DNA of 64,000 nucleotides from Marine Group II euryarchaeote MED-G38 (GTDB lineage: Archaea; Thermoplasmatota; Poseidoniia; Poseidoniales; Thalassarchaeaceae). Positions within the stretch are counted from its first letter, which is position 1; every line of letters starts with the position of its first letter. Positions 20,413 through 30,033 of the stretch are shown in pieces. Where the stretch lies: positions 32,722 through 96,721 of the forward strand of contig NTJP01000001.1 in assembly GCA_002457145.1 (NCBI GenBank). Direction: 5' to 3'. The translations under genes and the position numbers were made by a program. Under the pieces are notes generated by a model. The model was not told the origin of the DNA. It saw only the letters and a list, made by a program, of their open reading frames with translations, and ran no database searches.

Positions 20413-21099
20413 ATGTCATATCCCACAGACGTGGAAGCCGCCGATACTCCAATGTGGATTGCGCATAAAGTGATTCATCAAGGCGCTGAAGCTACTGTAA
20501 CTTCAGGTTCATGGATGGGAAAGTCAGCAGTATTAAAAATGAGGAATCCAAGAGGGTACCGCACACCTCATTTAGACCGTAAGTTAACTCGTCAAAGATT
20601 ATCTGTAGAAGCAAGGGTATTGGGTAGACTTCAATATCATAATTTAACTTCTCCATCTTTGATAGATTTAGACTTAGAACAGGGTTGGATTCTTATGTCA
20701 AAAATTGAAGGAATTACTTTATATGATTATTTGAATAGTAAAGAAGATTCTAATACTAGTGTAATTAATTCATTCGGAAAAATAATCAGGAAGTTACATG
20801 AAGTTGGGATATCTCATGGAGACTTGACAACTCACAATGTTCTTATTGATAATAATGGTAAACTTTCACTAATCGACTTTGGCCTGGCTAGAATACTTCC
20901 TGAGCTTGAACATTTGGGTTTAGACTTACAAGTTCTGAATGAATGCCTTACTGCAAGTCATTCTGAATTTGAAAATGCTGTAAATGATATGATTGCAGGT
21001 TATTTATCCATAGATTCGCAAAAAAATAATTTAATTCCCGCAAAAGATGTAATTTCCCGGTTTAATGAAATTAGAGGAAGAGTCCGTTATCATGCATAG
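20413..21099 (+). CDS. bud32: Bud32/PRPK-type KEOPS kinase
   Basis: QGAEATV glycine-loop equivalent, HGDLTTHNVLID catalytic loop and IDFGLA. An alternative start lies at 20452 (MWIAHK). Confidence 0.85.
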   Translation: MSYPTDVEAADTPMWIAHKVIHQGAEATVTSGSWMGKSAVLKMRNPRGYRTPHLDRKLTRQRLSVEARVLGRLQYHNLTSPSLIDLDLEQGWILMSKIEGITLYDYLNSKEDSNTSVINSFGKIIRKLHEVGISHGDLTTHNVLIDNNGKLSLIDFGLARILPELEHLGLDLQVLNECLTASHSEFENAVNDMIAGYLSIDSQKNNLIPAKDVISRFNEIRGRVRYHA

Positions 21100-21107
21100 G
21101 TGAAATT

Positions 21108-21701
21108 ATGAAAATACTTTTTGTTACAAGTAATCAAAATAAGATAAATGAAGCAAAAATATTGTTTAATGAATTAGATTATTCTGTCGAAGGCTTGAAA
21201 ATAAATGGTAAATTACCTAATTTTATTGAACCCCAATCAAATAATTTGGAAGTTGTCGCAGTTTCAAAATTAAAACAGGCCGTGTCACTATTAAAAAATA
21301 ATAATCTAGAAGAATATGCTATTTTGGTTGAAGATTCTGGTTTATTTATAGATAAATTTAGCGATTTTCCAGGCGTTTTTTCATCATTTGTTTATGATTC
21401 CATTGGTTTGACTGGTATTCTAAATTTACTAGCAAATTCTATTAATCGCTCTGCTGAATATAGGGCAGTAACAATTTTGCAATGGAAAAATAAAATTTGG
21501 AAATCTTCAGGCGTATGTAAAGGTACAATTTCTAACAAAGAATTAGGTGAAGGAGGTTTTGGTTATGATCCTATTTTTATTCCTCTTGAAGGGGATGGAT
21601 CAACTTTTTCTCAAATGAGTAATATAGAAAAATCTCTTATCTCTCACCGTAGTAATTCACTAAGGGGACTATTAGATTCTCTAAAACATCCGTCAAAGTG
21701 A
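21108..21701 (+). CDS. Non-canonical purine NTP pyrophosphatase (HAM1/RdgB/ITPase)
   Basis: FVTSNQNKINE, GFGYDPIF and SHRS motifs. Confidence 0.88.
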   Translation: MKILFVTSNQNKINEAKILFNELDYSVEGLKINGKLPNFIEPQSNNLEVVAVSKLKQAVSLLKNNNLEEYAILVEDSGLFIDKFSDFPGVFSSFVYDSIGLTGILNLLANSINRSAEYRAVTILQWKNKIWKSSGVCKGTISNKELGEGGFGYDPIFIPLEGDGSTFSQMSNIEKSLISHRSNSLRGLLDSLKHPSK

Positions 21702-21736
21702 ATAGTTAGTGGCTCCTGTCCAGTCTCGGGAGTGTT

Positions 21737-22618
21737 ATGCCGTCGATGACAAAATTACTTACTTCATTATCATTATTATTTGGTATTCCAATATATTTGA
21801 TATATGTAGTTAAAGAAGGTTTGGAGTTTCAAATAGCAGGTGGAATTTTTCTTTTATCATTAACTTCTTTATTACTATTCTCTGGAACTTCTCCAATTAA
21901 GCCACTAATACTTCAAAAAGAAAATATGGGAACTAAGAAACCCCAGATTGAAGATAATATTGAATTACCGCCCCCGGTTCTAGAAAATGAGGGTGCTAGT
22001 GACAGGCGAAATCAAAAAATAAAACGTAGCCGTGGTAGGTCCAACGTAGGAGAATTGTCTAAACCAGAATTATTGGAAGTTACAAAATCATCATTAGTAA
22101 TTGAGGAAATAAGTAATACAAATGATGCCAAGATAGCAATGCCATACGTCGCTTCGATCGATGCACAGTCCGAAATGGAATCTGAAATTGACTTATTTAT
22201 CAGTCAAAAGAGATTAAAAAGACAGGAATTAAAAAAGCGAATAACCATCGAAAGAAGGATGAAATTAGCAAAAAGAAAAGCCTCTAAAGCAAGTCATTGG
22301 ACTGCTGAAGAAGATGGAGAAGATATCTCTGGATTATTGAAAGACCCCAATCACGGCCTGACTATTTTGTTAGAATCAGAAGAAGTGGATAGTACGATAC
22401 CACATGGAATATCTTATGTTCGTATTGATCAACATCGAATTCTCAAGGTGCGCATACCTCTAAATATCCCACATAATAATCAAAGTATTTTTCCTCCACT
22501 GCCCGATCCACTAGGCCTTCCTCCACTGCCCGATCCACCAGGTCTTCCTCCACTGCCCGATCTACCAGGTCTTCCTCCACTACCCGATCCTCCTCCTGTA
22601 AAATATAGTGAAGACTGA
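21737..22618 (+). CDS. Hypothetical membrane-anchored protein with a basic coiled region and a C-terminal proline-rich tandem repeat
   Basis: Two N-terminal hydrophobic helices and a Lys/Arg-rich middle. The C-terminus reads PPLPDPLGLPPLPDPPGLPPLPDLPGLPPLPDPPP. Confidence 0.6.
   Translation: MPSMTKLLTSLSLLFGIPIYLIYVVKEGLEFQIAGGIFLLSLTSLLLFSGTSPIKPLILQKENMGTKKPQIEDNIELPPPVLENEGASDRRNQKIKRSRGRSNVGELSKPELLEVTKSSLVIEEISNTNDAKIAMPYVASIDAQSEMESEIDLFISQKRLKRQELKKRITIERRMKLAKRKASKASHWTAEEDGEDISGLLKDPNHGLTILLESEEVDSTIPHGISYVRIDQHRILKVRIPLNIPHNNQSIFPPLPDPLGLPPLPDPPGLPPLPDLPGLPPLPDPPPVKYSED
22493..22590 (+). repeat. 27-bp in-frame tandem repeat, ~3.6 copies, encoding (L)PPLPDPxG
   Basis: Units at 22493-22519, 22520-22546 and 22547-22573, plus a partial unit to ~22590. 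Copies differ at 1-3 positions. Confidence 0.9.
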
Positions 22619-22664
22619 TTCTATCCATCCGTATATTGAAGGGTCATGATACACTCCGAAGTAT

Positions 22665-23498
22665 ATGGAAGAAGTATTATTAGTAGAAGATATTCCTGTC
22701 GAAGATGCAAGCCCTAAAGGAGCAATAATTACTATTTGGACTCTCAATAGACCAAATAAACTCAACGCTCTAAATAATAAAATCCATGAAGAAATAAAGA
22801 AAGAATGCATCAGAGTAGAATCAGATGATAATGTAAGAGTTGTGATTATACGTGGTGCCCCTCCTCCTCCAGTTCAAGAAAGTGAGAAACAAAAACCTTC
22901 TTCGTTTGCAGCAGGAGCCGATATCTCAGAGTTTGAAGGTAAAAATTCAGATGATGTTAGGCCATTCTTTGAAGATAATGCGTGGGAAGCGGTATGGAAC
23001 TTATCAAAACCAACTATCGCAATGGTAGATGGTTTTGCACTCGGAGGAGGAACTGAATTAGCATTATCTTGTGACATTAGATTTGCTTCCGAAAAGTCAA
23101 AGTTTGGCCAACCCGAGATAAATCTTGGATTAATACCAGGAGGAGGAGGAACTCAACGCTTATGCAGATTATTGGGTTATGGAAAAGCAATGGAGATAAT
23201 ACTCAGCGGTAATATGATAGGTACGGATGAAGCATTGAAAATAGGCCTTGTGAATGCAGTTTGTAAATCAGAAGAATTAGCAGAATATACCATTTATTTT
23301 GCTAAGGAAATAGCGAAAAAATCTCCCCATACAATTAAAGTTGCAAAAAGAGTAATTCGTGCTTCTCTTGATTTACCATTCACTGAAGGAGTTCTCGCTG
23401 AAAGATCTGAATTCGTTGCTTTATTCGATACCGAAGATAAAGAAATTGGAGTCAAGGCATTCTTGGAGAGGAAGGACCCATTGTGGCGTGGGGAATAA
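22665..23498 (+). CDS. Enoyl-CoA hydratase/crotonase family
   Basis: FAAGADISEF and DGFALGGGTELALSCDIR oxyanion-hole motifs. A short Pro-rich insertion (PPPPVQESEKQKPSS) precedes the first motif. Confidence 0.88.
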   Translation: MEEVLLVEDIPVEDASPKGAIITIWTLNRPNKLNALNNKIHEEIKKECIRVESDDNVRVVIIRGAPPPPVQESEKQKPSSFAAGADISEFEGKNSDDVRPFFEDNAWEAVWNLSKPTIAMVDGFALGGGTELALSCDIRFASEKSKFGQPEINLGLIPGGGGTQRLCRLLGYGKAMEIILSGNMIGTDEALKIGLVNAVCKSEELAEYTIYFAKEIAKKSPHTIKVAKRVIRASLDLPFTEGVLAERSEFVALFDTEDKEIGVKAFLERKDPLWRGE

Positions 23499-23511
23499 TT
23501 CATTTCATTTT

Positions 23512-24930
23512 TTATCTCTGAATTGATTTTATTTCTAAAAACTCTTCAAGTCCAGGAATCCCTAGTTCACGCCCATTTCCTGATGCTTTAAAACCGCCAA
23601 ATGGAGCACTTACATTGAAGAATCCACCATTAATACTAATTTGTCCTGTTTTCATATTTTTTGCAAATTCCAAAGCTCGCTCCTCATTTCTTGACCATAC
23701 TCCTCCAGATAAACCATATATGGAATCGTTAGCCAATTCTAGAGCCTCTTCCTCATTTTCATATGTTTTTATGACGAGTACCGGCCCAAAAATTTCTTCT
23801 CTCCATATTGTCATATCTTTAGTAACATTGGTAAAAACTGTTGGTTTCACATAATAACCTCTGGACAAACCTTCTGGCATACCAGTTCCTCCAGAGATTA
23901 AGATTGCACCCTCATCTATTCCAGTTTGAATATATTTTGTAACACTAATTTGTTGTTTAGCACTGACCATTGGCCCACAACGTGTTTTTTCATCCAAAGG
24001 ATCTCCAACTATGTAACTATTATTTCTTTCAACAATTAATTTACAAATTTCTTCTTCCATTATTTTTGGAATTATCAATCTTGTAAGGGCAGAACAGGTT
24101 TGTCCGCTATTTTGATGACAAGCCTGAATTGCCTTTTTTGCAACTAAAATAGGATCTGCATCTTCCAAAGCAACATTTGCACTTTTACCTCCTAATTCTA
24201 AAGTAACTCTTTTCACACTTTCTGCGGCAGCGTGGCTGACTGCAATTCCTGCGCCTGTAGAACCAGTAAAAGATATCATATCTACATCCACATGCCTAGC
24301 AAGATATTCTCCAATCTCAGAACCATGACCTGTTACTAGATTAAAAACACCTTTTGGAAGACCTATTTCATCAAAAATTTCGGCAAGAATAAAAGCACTT
24401 AAAGGGGCTTCTTTTGATGGCTTTAATATCATAGTACAACCAGCAGCTATTGCAGGTGCAACTTTACCAATTATCTGATGAAGAGGAAAATTCCAAGGAG
24501 TAATAAATGCGCATACGCCTATTGGTTCTTTTATTATTAATGAATTCCTAATTTCTTCTTCCCAATTATATGTTTCTAAAATTTTAGCATAAGACCTGGC
24601 AACTACTCTTGGAGTACCGACCATCGCAGTACGTGAATATCCTATTGGTGTACCTACTTCTGCTGTTATCATTTGAGCTAACTCTTCTTCACGTTCTTTG
24701 AAAGATGCAGATAATGCATTTAAGATTTGTATCCTATCTCCAATGTCACTTTTCGACCAAGTAACAAAAGCTTCCTTGGCAGATTTTATCGCATTATCTA
24801 TATCTTCTTTATTTCCAGCTGGAACTGATCCAATAATTTCTTCAGTTGAAGGATTGATGACTTCAATTGTTTCTTTACCATAAGCTTTAATCCATTTTCC
24901 GTTGATATATATCTCTTCGCGGTCATGCAT
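23512..24930 (-). CDS. NAD(P)-dependent aldehyde dehydrogenase
   Basis: ELGGKSA, FTGSTGAG and the catalytic Cys region GQTCSA. The track ORF extends to 25065 and overlaps the divergent gene. ATGs at 24930 (MHDREEIYINGKW) or 24969 are the realistic starts. Confidence 0.9.
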   Translation of the reverse strand: MHDREEIYINGKWIKAYGKETIEVINPSTEEIIGSVPAGNKEDIDNAIKSAKEAFVTWSKSDIGDRIQILNALSASFKEREEELAQMITAEVGTPIGYSRTAMVGTPRVVARSYAKILETYNWEEEIRNSLIIKEPIGVCAFITPWNFPLHQIIGKVAPAIAAGCTMILKPSKEAPLSAFILAEIFDEIGLPKGVFNLVTGHGSEIGEYLARHVDVDMISFTGSTGAGIAVSHAAAESVKRVTLELGGKSANVALEDADPILVAKKAIQACHQNSGQTCSALTRLIIPKIMEEEICKLIVERNNSYIVGDPLDEKTRCGPMVSAKQQISVTKYIQTGIDEGAILISGGTGMPEGLSRGYYVKPTVFTNVTKDMTIWREEIFGPVLVIKTYENEEEALELANDSIYGLSGGVWSRNEERALEFAKNMKTGQISINGGFFNVSAPFGGFKASGNGRELGIPGLEEFLEIKSIQR

Positions 24931-24998
24931 GACTATACGAGAGTGCCACTTCTTATCATATTCATGCATTTGAAATAGAAAACACCCTTCGCCAAGAC

Positions 24999-25796
24999 AT
25001 GGTTTTGTCAGTTGATAGATATGAGAAAGGTATTGCCCTGGTATCTCTCTCGAGCCAAGCAGCAAAGAATACCTTTACAAAATTAAATTTTGATATCATT
25101 GTACAGACTCTTGAAAATCTAATGGATGATGATACATGCTCTTCGATTATATTGACTGGTAATGGCAAATTTTTTAGTGCAGGTGGGCCAATTAATGAAT
25201 TTGCGGATGCCATAGACTCTGGAAAAATAGGGGAAATCGTCAATCAAATGACTACTTCATTACACTCTTTATTACTAAAGATAAGAGCTTCCCCTACAGT
25301 CTTTATTGGTGCTATAAATGGTGCAGCGGCAGGTGGAGGACTAGGACTTGCTCTTGCTATGGATTATAGGATTTCTTCCACAAATGCCAAATTAGCAGCA
25401 GCCTTTTTCTCTTTAGGATTATCTCCTGATGGAGGAACTACTTGGCTTCTTCCTAGGCTGGTTGGCCCTCAGGTCGCTAGAAAATTCTTCTTTAATAATG
25501 AGATATGGGATAGTAGTTTAGCATTGGATTACGGTGCTGTAGATGAAGTTTGTAGTGAAGAAGACTTGATAAAAAAATCTATAGAAATAGCCAATAGTTG
25601 GGGCAAATGGGCTTTCTTGAGCCGGCGCTCAACCAAGCAACTATTGGATGCATCAACATCTACTTTTTTTGAAACACAGTTAGAATTTGAACAAGCATTA
25701 ATGCTTTCTTCCTCTCTTACTGCCGATTTTGCGGAGGGAGTATCTGCTTTTATGGATAAGCGTGAACCTAATTTTGGTCATTTAGAGGAAGAGTAA
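24999..25796 (+). CDS. Enoyl-CoA hydratase/isomerase family
   Basis: FFSAGGPINEF and NGAAAGGGLGLALAMDYR motifs. Confidence 0.85.
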   Translation: MVLSVDRYEKGIALVSLSSQAAKNTFTKLNFDIIVQTLENLMDDDTCSSIILTGNGKFFSAGGPINEFADAIDSGKIGEIVNQMTTSLHSLLLKIRASPTVFIGAINGAAAGGGLGLALAMDYRISSTNAKLAAAFFSLGLSPDGGTTWLLPRLVGPQVARKFFFNNEIWDSSLALDYGAVDEVCSEEDLIKKSIEIANSWGKWAFLSRRSTKQLLDASTSTFFETQLEFEQALMLSSSLTADFAEGVSAFMDKREPNFGHLEEE

Positions 25797-26257
25797 TGCT
25801 GTCTACAAGATTAATAATAATGAGACATTCAAAAAGTAGTTGGAAAAATCTAAATTTACCCGACCATGATCGCCCTCTTAACAAGAGAGGAAAAAAAGAT
25901 GCACCAGTAATGCATCAAGAACTAGTAAATAATAATTGGTTACCAGATACAGTTTTTTTGAGTAGTTCAAAACGTACGATTGAAACTCTGGCTTCGATGA
26001 ATTTAGATGAAAGTAGTATAAAAATAGAAATCAAACCTTCTATTTATCATGCCTCAATAAATGAATTAATCAATCAATTACAATTAATCGAAGAAAATAA
26101 AACTACAATGATTTTAGGACATAATCCCGGTTGTGAATTGTTAATTAATCACTTAACAGGCAAATGGCACCGTATGCCAACTTCTGCTATGGCTTTTTTA
26201 ATAAAGAAAAAAGAATCTTGGATTCTGCAAGATATATTGAGGCCTAAAGAATTATGA
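25796..26257 (+). CDS. Histidine phosphatase superfamily, SixA-like
   Basis: IIMRHSKS (RHG-type motif), DRPLNKRGKKDA and GHNPG. Its start overlaps the upstream stop (TAATG). Confidence 0.7.
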   Translation: MLSTRLIIMRHSKSSWKNLNLPDHDRPLNKRGKKDAPVMHQELVNNNWLPDTVFLSSSKRTIETLASMNLDESSIKIEIKPSIYHASINELINQLQLIEENKTTMILGHNPGCELLINHLTGKWHRMPTSAMAFLIKKKESWILQDILRPKEL

Positions 26258-26260
26258 AGG

Positions 26261-26686
26261 TTACAGTTTGGCTAATATATCGACTTGAGCAAGTGCAGAT
26301 CTAACCAAGAAAAATGCGACTATACTTCCAACGGTGAATGATAGCCCAATATACAAATGTGTTTCAAACATTAATATGGCTATTCCAATTAGAGATAAAT
26401 AAGATACAGTCTGACATATTAAAGAAATTCTCAATAGCATGCGATACTCTATTTCATGAACATTGGTGGAATCTTGAATATATGAATTTATTAAGAAGAA
26501 AACGGCCTGAAATGGTAAAGCAATAGCCAACAAAGATAAGCATGCTACAGTAATTATGCCCGGATCTTGTGGATCAAGCTCCAAACCTCTGAATAGCAAG
26601 TTACCTGTATTCAAACCAATTATTGCAGCATGTATTGCCCAAGCCCTATCTACCGGACCATCATCCTGTGATTGGTCAGGGCCCAT
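26261..26686 (-). CDS. Hypothetical integral membrane protein
   Basis: 141 aa with about four hydrophobic helices, an ATG start, and no recognisable motif. Confidence 0.55.
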   Translation of the reverse strand: MGPDQSQDDGPVDRAWAIHAAIIGLNTGNLLFRGLELDPQDPGIITVACLSLLAIALPFQAVFFLINSYIQDSTNVHEIEYRMLLRISLICQTVSYLSLIGIAILMFETHLYIGLSFTVGSIVAFFLVRSALAQVDILAKL

Positions 26687-26759
26687 GCTCGCTTGTTTTT
26701 TCTTTGATTGTTGAATGTTGCCCTAAAAAATAACTCCAATATACTATTTTTAGGATAAT

Positions 26760-26779
26760 ATCATTTTTCTCAAAATGAT
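26760..26779 (-). terminator. A/T hairpin just downstream of msrA; a T-run follows further 3-prime
   Basis: ATCATTTT-tctc-AAAATGAT forms an 8-bp stem with a 4-nt loop starting 3 nt past the msrA stop. The minus strand then carries TTATTTTTT at ~26722-26730. Confidence 0.3.
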
Positions 26780-26781
26780 TT

Positions 26782-27306
26782 TTATTGTAAATACAAATCA
26801 AGATATTTTTTCCTAACTTTATTTATTTTTGGAGTAATAATCATCGCACAGTAGGGTTGAAAGGAATTTCTTAAATAATAATCATGATGGTATTTCTCAG
26901 CAGTATAAAACTTCTTTTCTGGTGCAATTTCAGTTACAATTTCATTATCAAAAACATCTTTTAAGTTATCAATTACTAAATTTACTATCCTTTTTTCTTC
27001 TTCATTTTTATAAAATATTATACTTCTGTAATGATGGCCAATATCATTACCTTGCCTATCTAGCTGTGTTGGATCATGAGAAGTAAAAAATATTTCTAAT
27101 ATTGTCTTCAAATTAATTATTGTAGAATCATAAGTAACCTCTACTACTTCTGCATGTCCGGTATTTTTTTTACATACCTGCTCATAGGTTGGATTTTCTA
27201 CATGCCCTCCACAATATCCTGGTATTACTTTTGAAACTCCTTTCAATCCACTCATGACTCCCTCAGTACACCAAAAACAACCTCCACCAATGATTATTTT
27301 TTCCAT
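26782..27306 (-). CDS. msrA: Peptide methionine-S-sulfoxide reductase
   Basis: GGGCFWCTE active-site motif. Confidence 0.95.
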   Translation of the reverse strand: MEKIIIGGGCFWCTEGVMSGLKGVSKVIPGYCGGHVENPTYEQVCKKNTGHAEVVEVTYDSTIINLKTILEIFFTSHDPTQLDRQGNDIGHHYRSIIFYKNEEEKRIVNLVIDNLKDVFDNEIVTEIAPEKKFYTAEKYHHDYYLRNSFQPYCAMIITPKINKVRKKYLDLYLQ

Positions 27307-27310
27307 ATAA

Positions 27311-28774
27311 TCATCTTCTGTAATTAGGCGCTTCTCTTGTTATTTCTACATCATGGACATGACTTTCAGATAAGCCTGCATTTGTTATTTTGACAAACTC
27401 ACAATTCTTTTTCATCTTTTTAATATCATTATTGCCCGTGTATCCCATTGAAGACCTTAATCCTCCAACCAATTGATAGATTACATTTTCAACAGGCCCT
27501 CTTGCAGGGACTCTACCCTCAATTCCCTCGGGCACATATTTTCTTGTATCTCCTTGTTCTGATTGAAAATATCTTTCATGAGATCCTTTACTCATTGCTC
27601 CTACTGACCCCATCCCTCGATAAACCTTGTATGACCTGCCTTGGTAAAGTATATTTTCACCGGGAGATTCGTCAGTTCCTGCAAGTATGGAACCGGCCAT
27701 TACACAGTCTGCACCTGCAGCTATAGCTTTTGCAATATCTCCGCTGTATTTTATTCCTCCATCGGCAATAACTGGTATTCCATGTTTTTTGCATACTTCT
27801 ACTGCATTCATTACTGCAGTTAATTGAGGTACTCCTACTCCAGATACAATTCTAGTAGTACATATGGATCCAGGTCCTATGCCAACCTTAACTGCATCTG
27901 TGCCAGCCTCTATCAAAGCAGCAGCAGCTTCGCCAGTTGCTACATTACCTGCAATTATTTGCAATCCTTCTTTGCCTATTTCTCTGATTTTTTTAACAGT
28001 TTCTAAAACACCATGCGAGTGTCCATGTGCAGTATCTACAACAACAACATCTGCACCTGCAGTATACAAAGCCATTGCTCTTTCAATTCCTTTCTCGCCA
28101 GTTCCTGTGGCTCCAGCAACTCTTAGTCTACCTCTTTTGTCCCTACATGAATTAGGATTATCACGATTCATCTGAATATCTCTAACAGTAATCATACCTG
28201 CGCAATTACCATGTTCGTCAACTACTATTAATTTTTCAATACGATTTTTGTGTAGTATCTTTTGAGCCTTTTTCATATCCATTCCTTTTGGCACGGTTAC
28301 TAACTTCTTCGTCATCATTTCTGAGACTTTTGTAGACTCATCCTCAACAAATCTGATATCTCTATTTGTGATCAATCCAACTAGTTTTCCAGCATCATCA
28401 AGTACAGGAAATCCAGAGAATCCATATTTGGATTTTATTCTCCTCAGTTCTCCTATGGTCATATCCATGGCGACAGTAACTGGATCAAGTATCAATCCAG
28501 ATTCAAATCTTTTTACCTTTATAACTTCATTAACCTGCTCTTCAATTGACATATTTCTATGAATTACTCCAATGCCTCCTGCTTGAGCCATTGCAATGGC
28601 CATCTGTGATTCAGTTACGGTATCCATCGCAGCAGAAATAATTGGTATATTAAGATTAATATTTTTAGTTAACTTAGTCGAAATACTAACTTCAGCGGGT
28701 AATACTGCCGATTCTGCAGGAAGTAACAGGACGTCATCGAACGTCAATGCTTCGGGTATATTGCCTGTTGCCAT
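27311..28774 (-). CDS. guaB: IMP dehydrogenase with a CBS pair
   Basis: [11 protein letters not shown] catalytic loop, GGIKYSGD and YRGMGS. A CBS insert is present. Confidence 0.97.
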   Translation of the reverse strand: MATGNIPEALTFDDVLLLPAESAVLPAEVSISTKLTKNINLNIPIISAAMDTVTESQMAIAMAQAGGIGVIHRNMSIEEQVNEVIKVKRFESGLILDPVTVAMDMTIGELRRIKSKYGFSGFPVLDDAGKLVGLITNRDIRFVEDESTKVSEMMTKKLVTVPKGMDMKKAQKILHKNRIEKLIVVDEHGNCAGMITVRDIQMNRDNPNSCRDKRGRLRVAGATGTGEKGIERAMALYTAGADVVVVDTAHGHSHGVLETVKKIREIGKEGLQIIAGNVATGEAAAALIEAGTDAVKVGIGPGSICTTRIVSGVGVPQLTAVMNAVEVCKKHGIPVIADGGIKYSGDIAKAIAAGADCVMAGSILAGTDESPGENILYQGRSYKVYRGMGSVGAMSKGSHERYFQSEQGDTRKYVPEGIEGRVPARGPVENVIYQLVGGLRSSMGYTGNNDIKKMKKNCEFVKITNAGLSESHVHDVEITREAPNYRR

Positions 28775-28882
28775 TAGAGATGGCCCTCAACTCCTATACT
28801 TGAACAATTCTATCTTTGGACTACTAATTCTAATCAAACACGACATTAAAAAATAAAGGTTTAGCGGGAGGTGTTGTTTCAT

Positions 28883-29329
28883 ATGCCAAATGGTCTTGTA
28901 ATTATAGGTTGGAGGGAGTGGATATGTTTGCCCGATTTGGAAGCAGCTCCAATAAAAGCAAAAACTGATACTGGAGCTTGGTCTAACACTTTACACGCCA
29001 TTGATGTAACAACCGATGAGGGCATAAATTCTCGTTATGTTAAATTTAGACTGAAAGAAAATGGTAGATTTATAGAAAAGGAAATTCTAAAATGGAGGAA
29101 TGTTAGAGATACCAGTGGTCAAGAGACGTTGAGGCCTGTAATTATTACAAAATTAGAAATTTCTGGCAGAGATTATCAGGTGGAAATATGTCTCCAAGAT
29201 CGCTCAAAAATGAAGCATAGGATAATTTTAGGAAGAAATTTCCTTCGTAACGGGTTCATTATAAATCCCTCTAGGCAATATATGCATACAATGATTAGAT
29301 CTGTTCCAAGGATAATTATAGATGAATAA
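28883..29329 (+). CDS. Retropepsin-like aspartic endopeptidase domain protein (COG4067/DUF785, the RimK-associated family)
   Basis: GWREWICLPDL..IKAKTDTGAWSNTLHA and C-terminal ILGRNFL...INPS. The track start at 28871 is GTG. The ATG at 28883 lies 11 nt after GGGAGG. Confidence 0.8.
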   Translation: MPNGLVIIGWREWICLPDLEAAPIKAKTDTGAWSNTLHAIDVTTDEGINSRYVKFRLKENGRFIEKEILKWRNVRDTSGQETLRPVIITKLEISGRDYQVEICLQDRSKMKHRIILGRNFLRNGFIINPSRQYMHTMIRSVPRIIIDE

Positions 29330-29376
29330 TTTTTCTTCAGTCACAATTAAAATAGTATCCCAATTAGAACTTTAAT

Positions 29377-30033
29377 ATGTCATATGAGGAATCTCCATAT
29401 TCATTTCCAGAACCTTCTCCGTGGTGGCTAAGGGGCTTAGCAATATTCATGTCTGTGATGTGTATTGGAATGTTGTTTCAAATCATTTCAGGTGTTTTAA
29501 CTCCATTGTGGCTCGATGCAATACCCGATGACTATAATGAAATAGAGCAATACCCAGAGAATGGTACCCAAGAAGAAATTGATGAATGGGCCATAAATGA
29601 GGATTTTTGGATACAAACAATTGATTATATTGATAGTTTAGAGAATATGATACAATATTCAGTTATTTATGGAGTTATATTATTCTTTATCGGATTAATC
29701 TCAATTCCAATACTATGGTCTGGTAATCGTGATTTAGGTTTGAGATTATCAACAACATGGTTCGTTATTTATGTTATTAGTCAAATACACTTAGTATCGA
29801 TGTTATATATGGATGTTGGACTTTACCCTGACTATGATTTTGGTGATGAAGGAGGAGGTACGCAAATTCCAGATTTCATAGAATCAGTAAGTTTATTGAT
29901 AAGTGCTGGTCAAATTCTATTTTGTAATACAATTCTCTTTGCTTTCCTTGCGTTAATATATTCAAAAACCAAAACTCCAACAAGATTTGATATTCCTTCA
30001 GGATTTCATAAACCTCCGCCGTCTCAAGATTAA
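29377..30033 (+). CDS. Hypothetical integral membrane protein
   Basis: About four TM helices and an acidic extracytoplasmic loop. Its stop overlaps the first ATG of the next ORF (TAATG). Confidence 0.6.
   Translation: MSYEESPYSFPEPSPWWLRGLAIFMSVMCIGMLFQIISGVLTPLWLDAIPDDYNEIEQYPENGTQEEIDEWAINEDFWIQTIDYIDSLENMIQYSVIYGVILFFIGLISIPILWSGNRDLGLRLSTTWFVIYVISQIHLVSMLYMDVGLYPDYDFGDEGGGTQIPDFIESVSLLISAGQILFCNTILFAFLALIYSKTKTPTRFDIPSGFHKPPPSQD

Noticed and set aside
24931-25065. N-terminal extensions in the ORF track that create gene overlaps: ALDH to 25065, HMA protein to 35639, polX from 47929, taw1 from 31060, and several TTG/GTG starts.
   Set aside because: The extensions precede the conserved family N-termini and overlap neighbouring genes or their promoters. 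An internal ATG restores the canonical N-terminus, so I treated them as start mis-calls rather than real overlaps.
28808-28815. A second copy of TTCTATCT (one arm of the thermosome-promoter inverted repeat) in the guaB / DUF785 spacer.
   Set aside because: There is no partner half-site nearby. An AT-rich 8-mer is expected about twice by chance in 64 kb on two strands.
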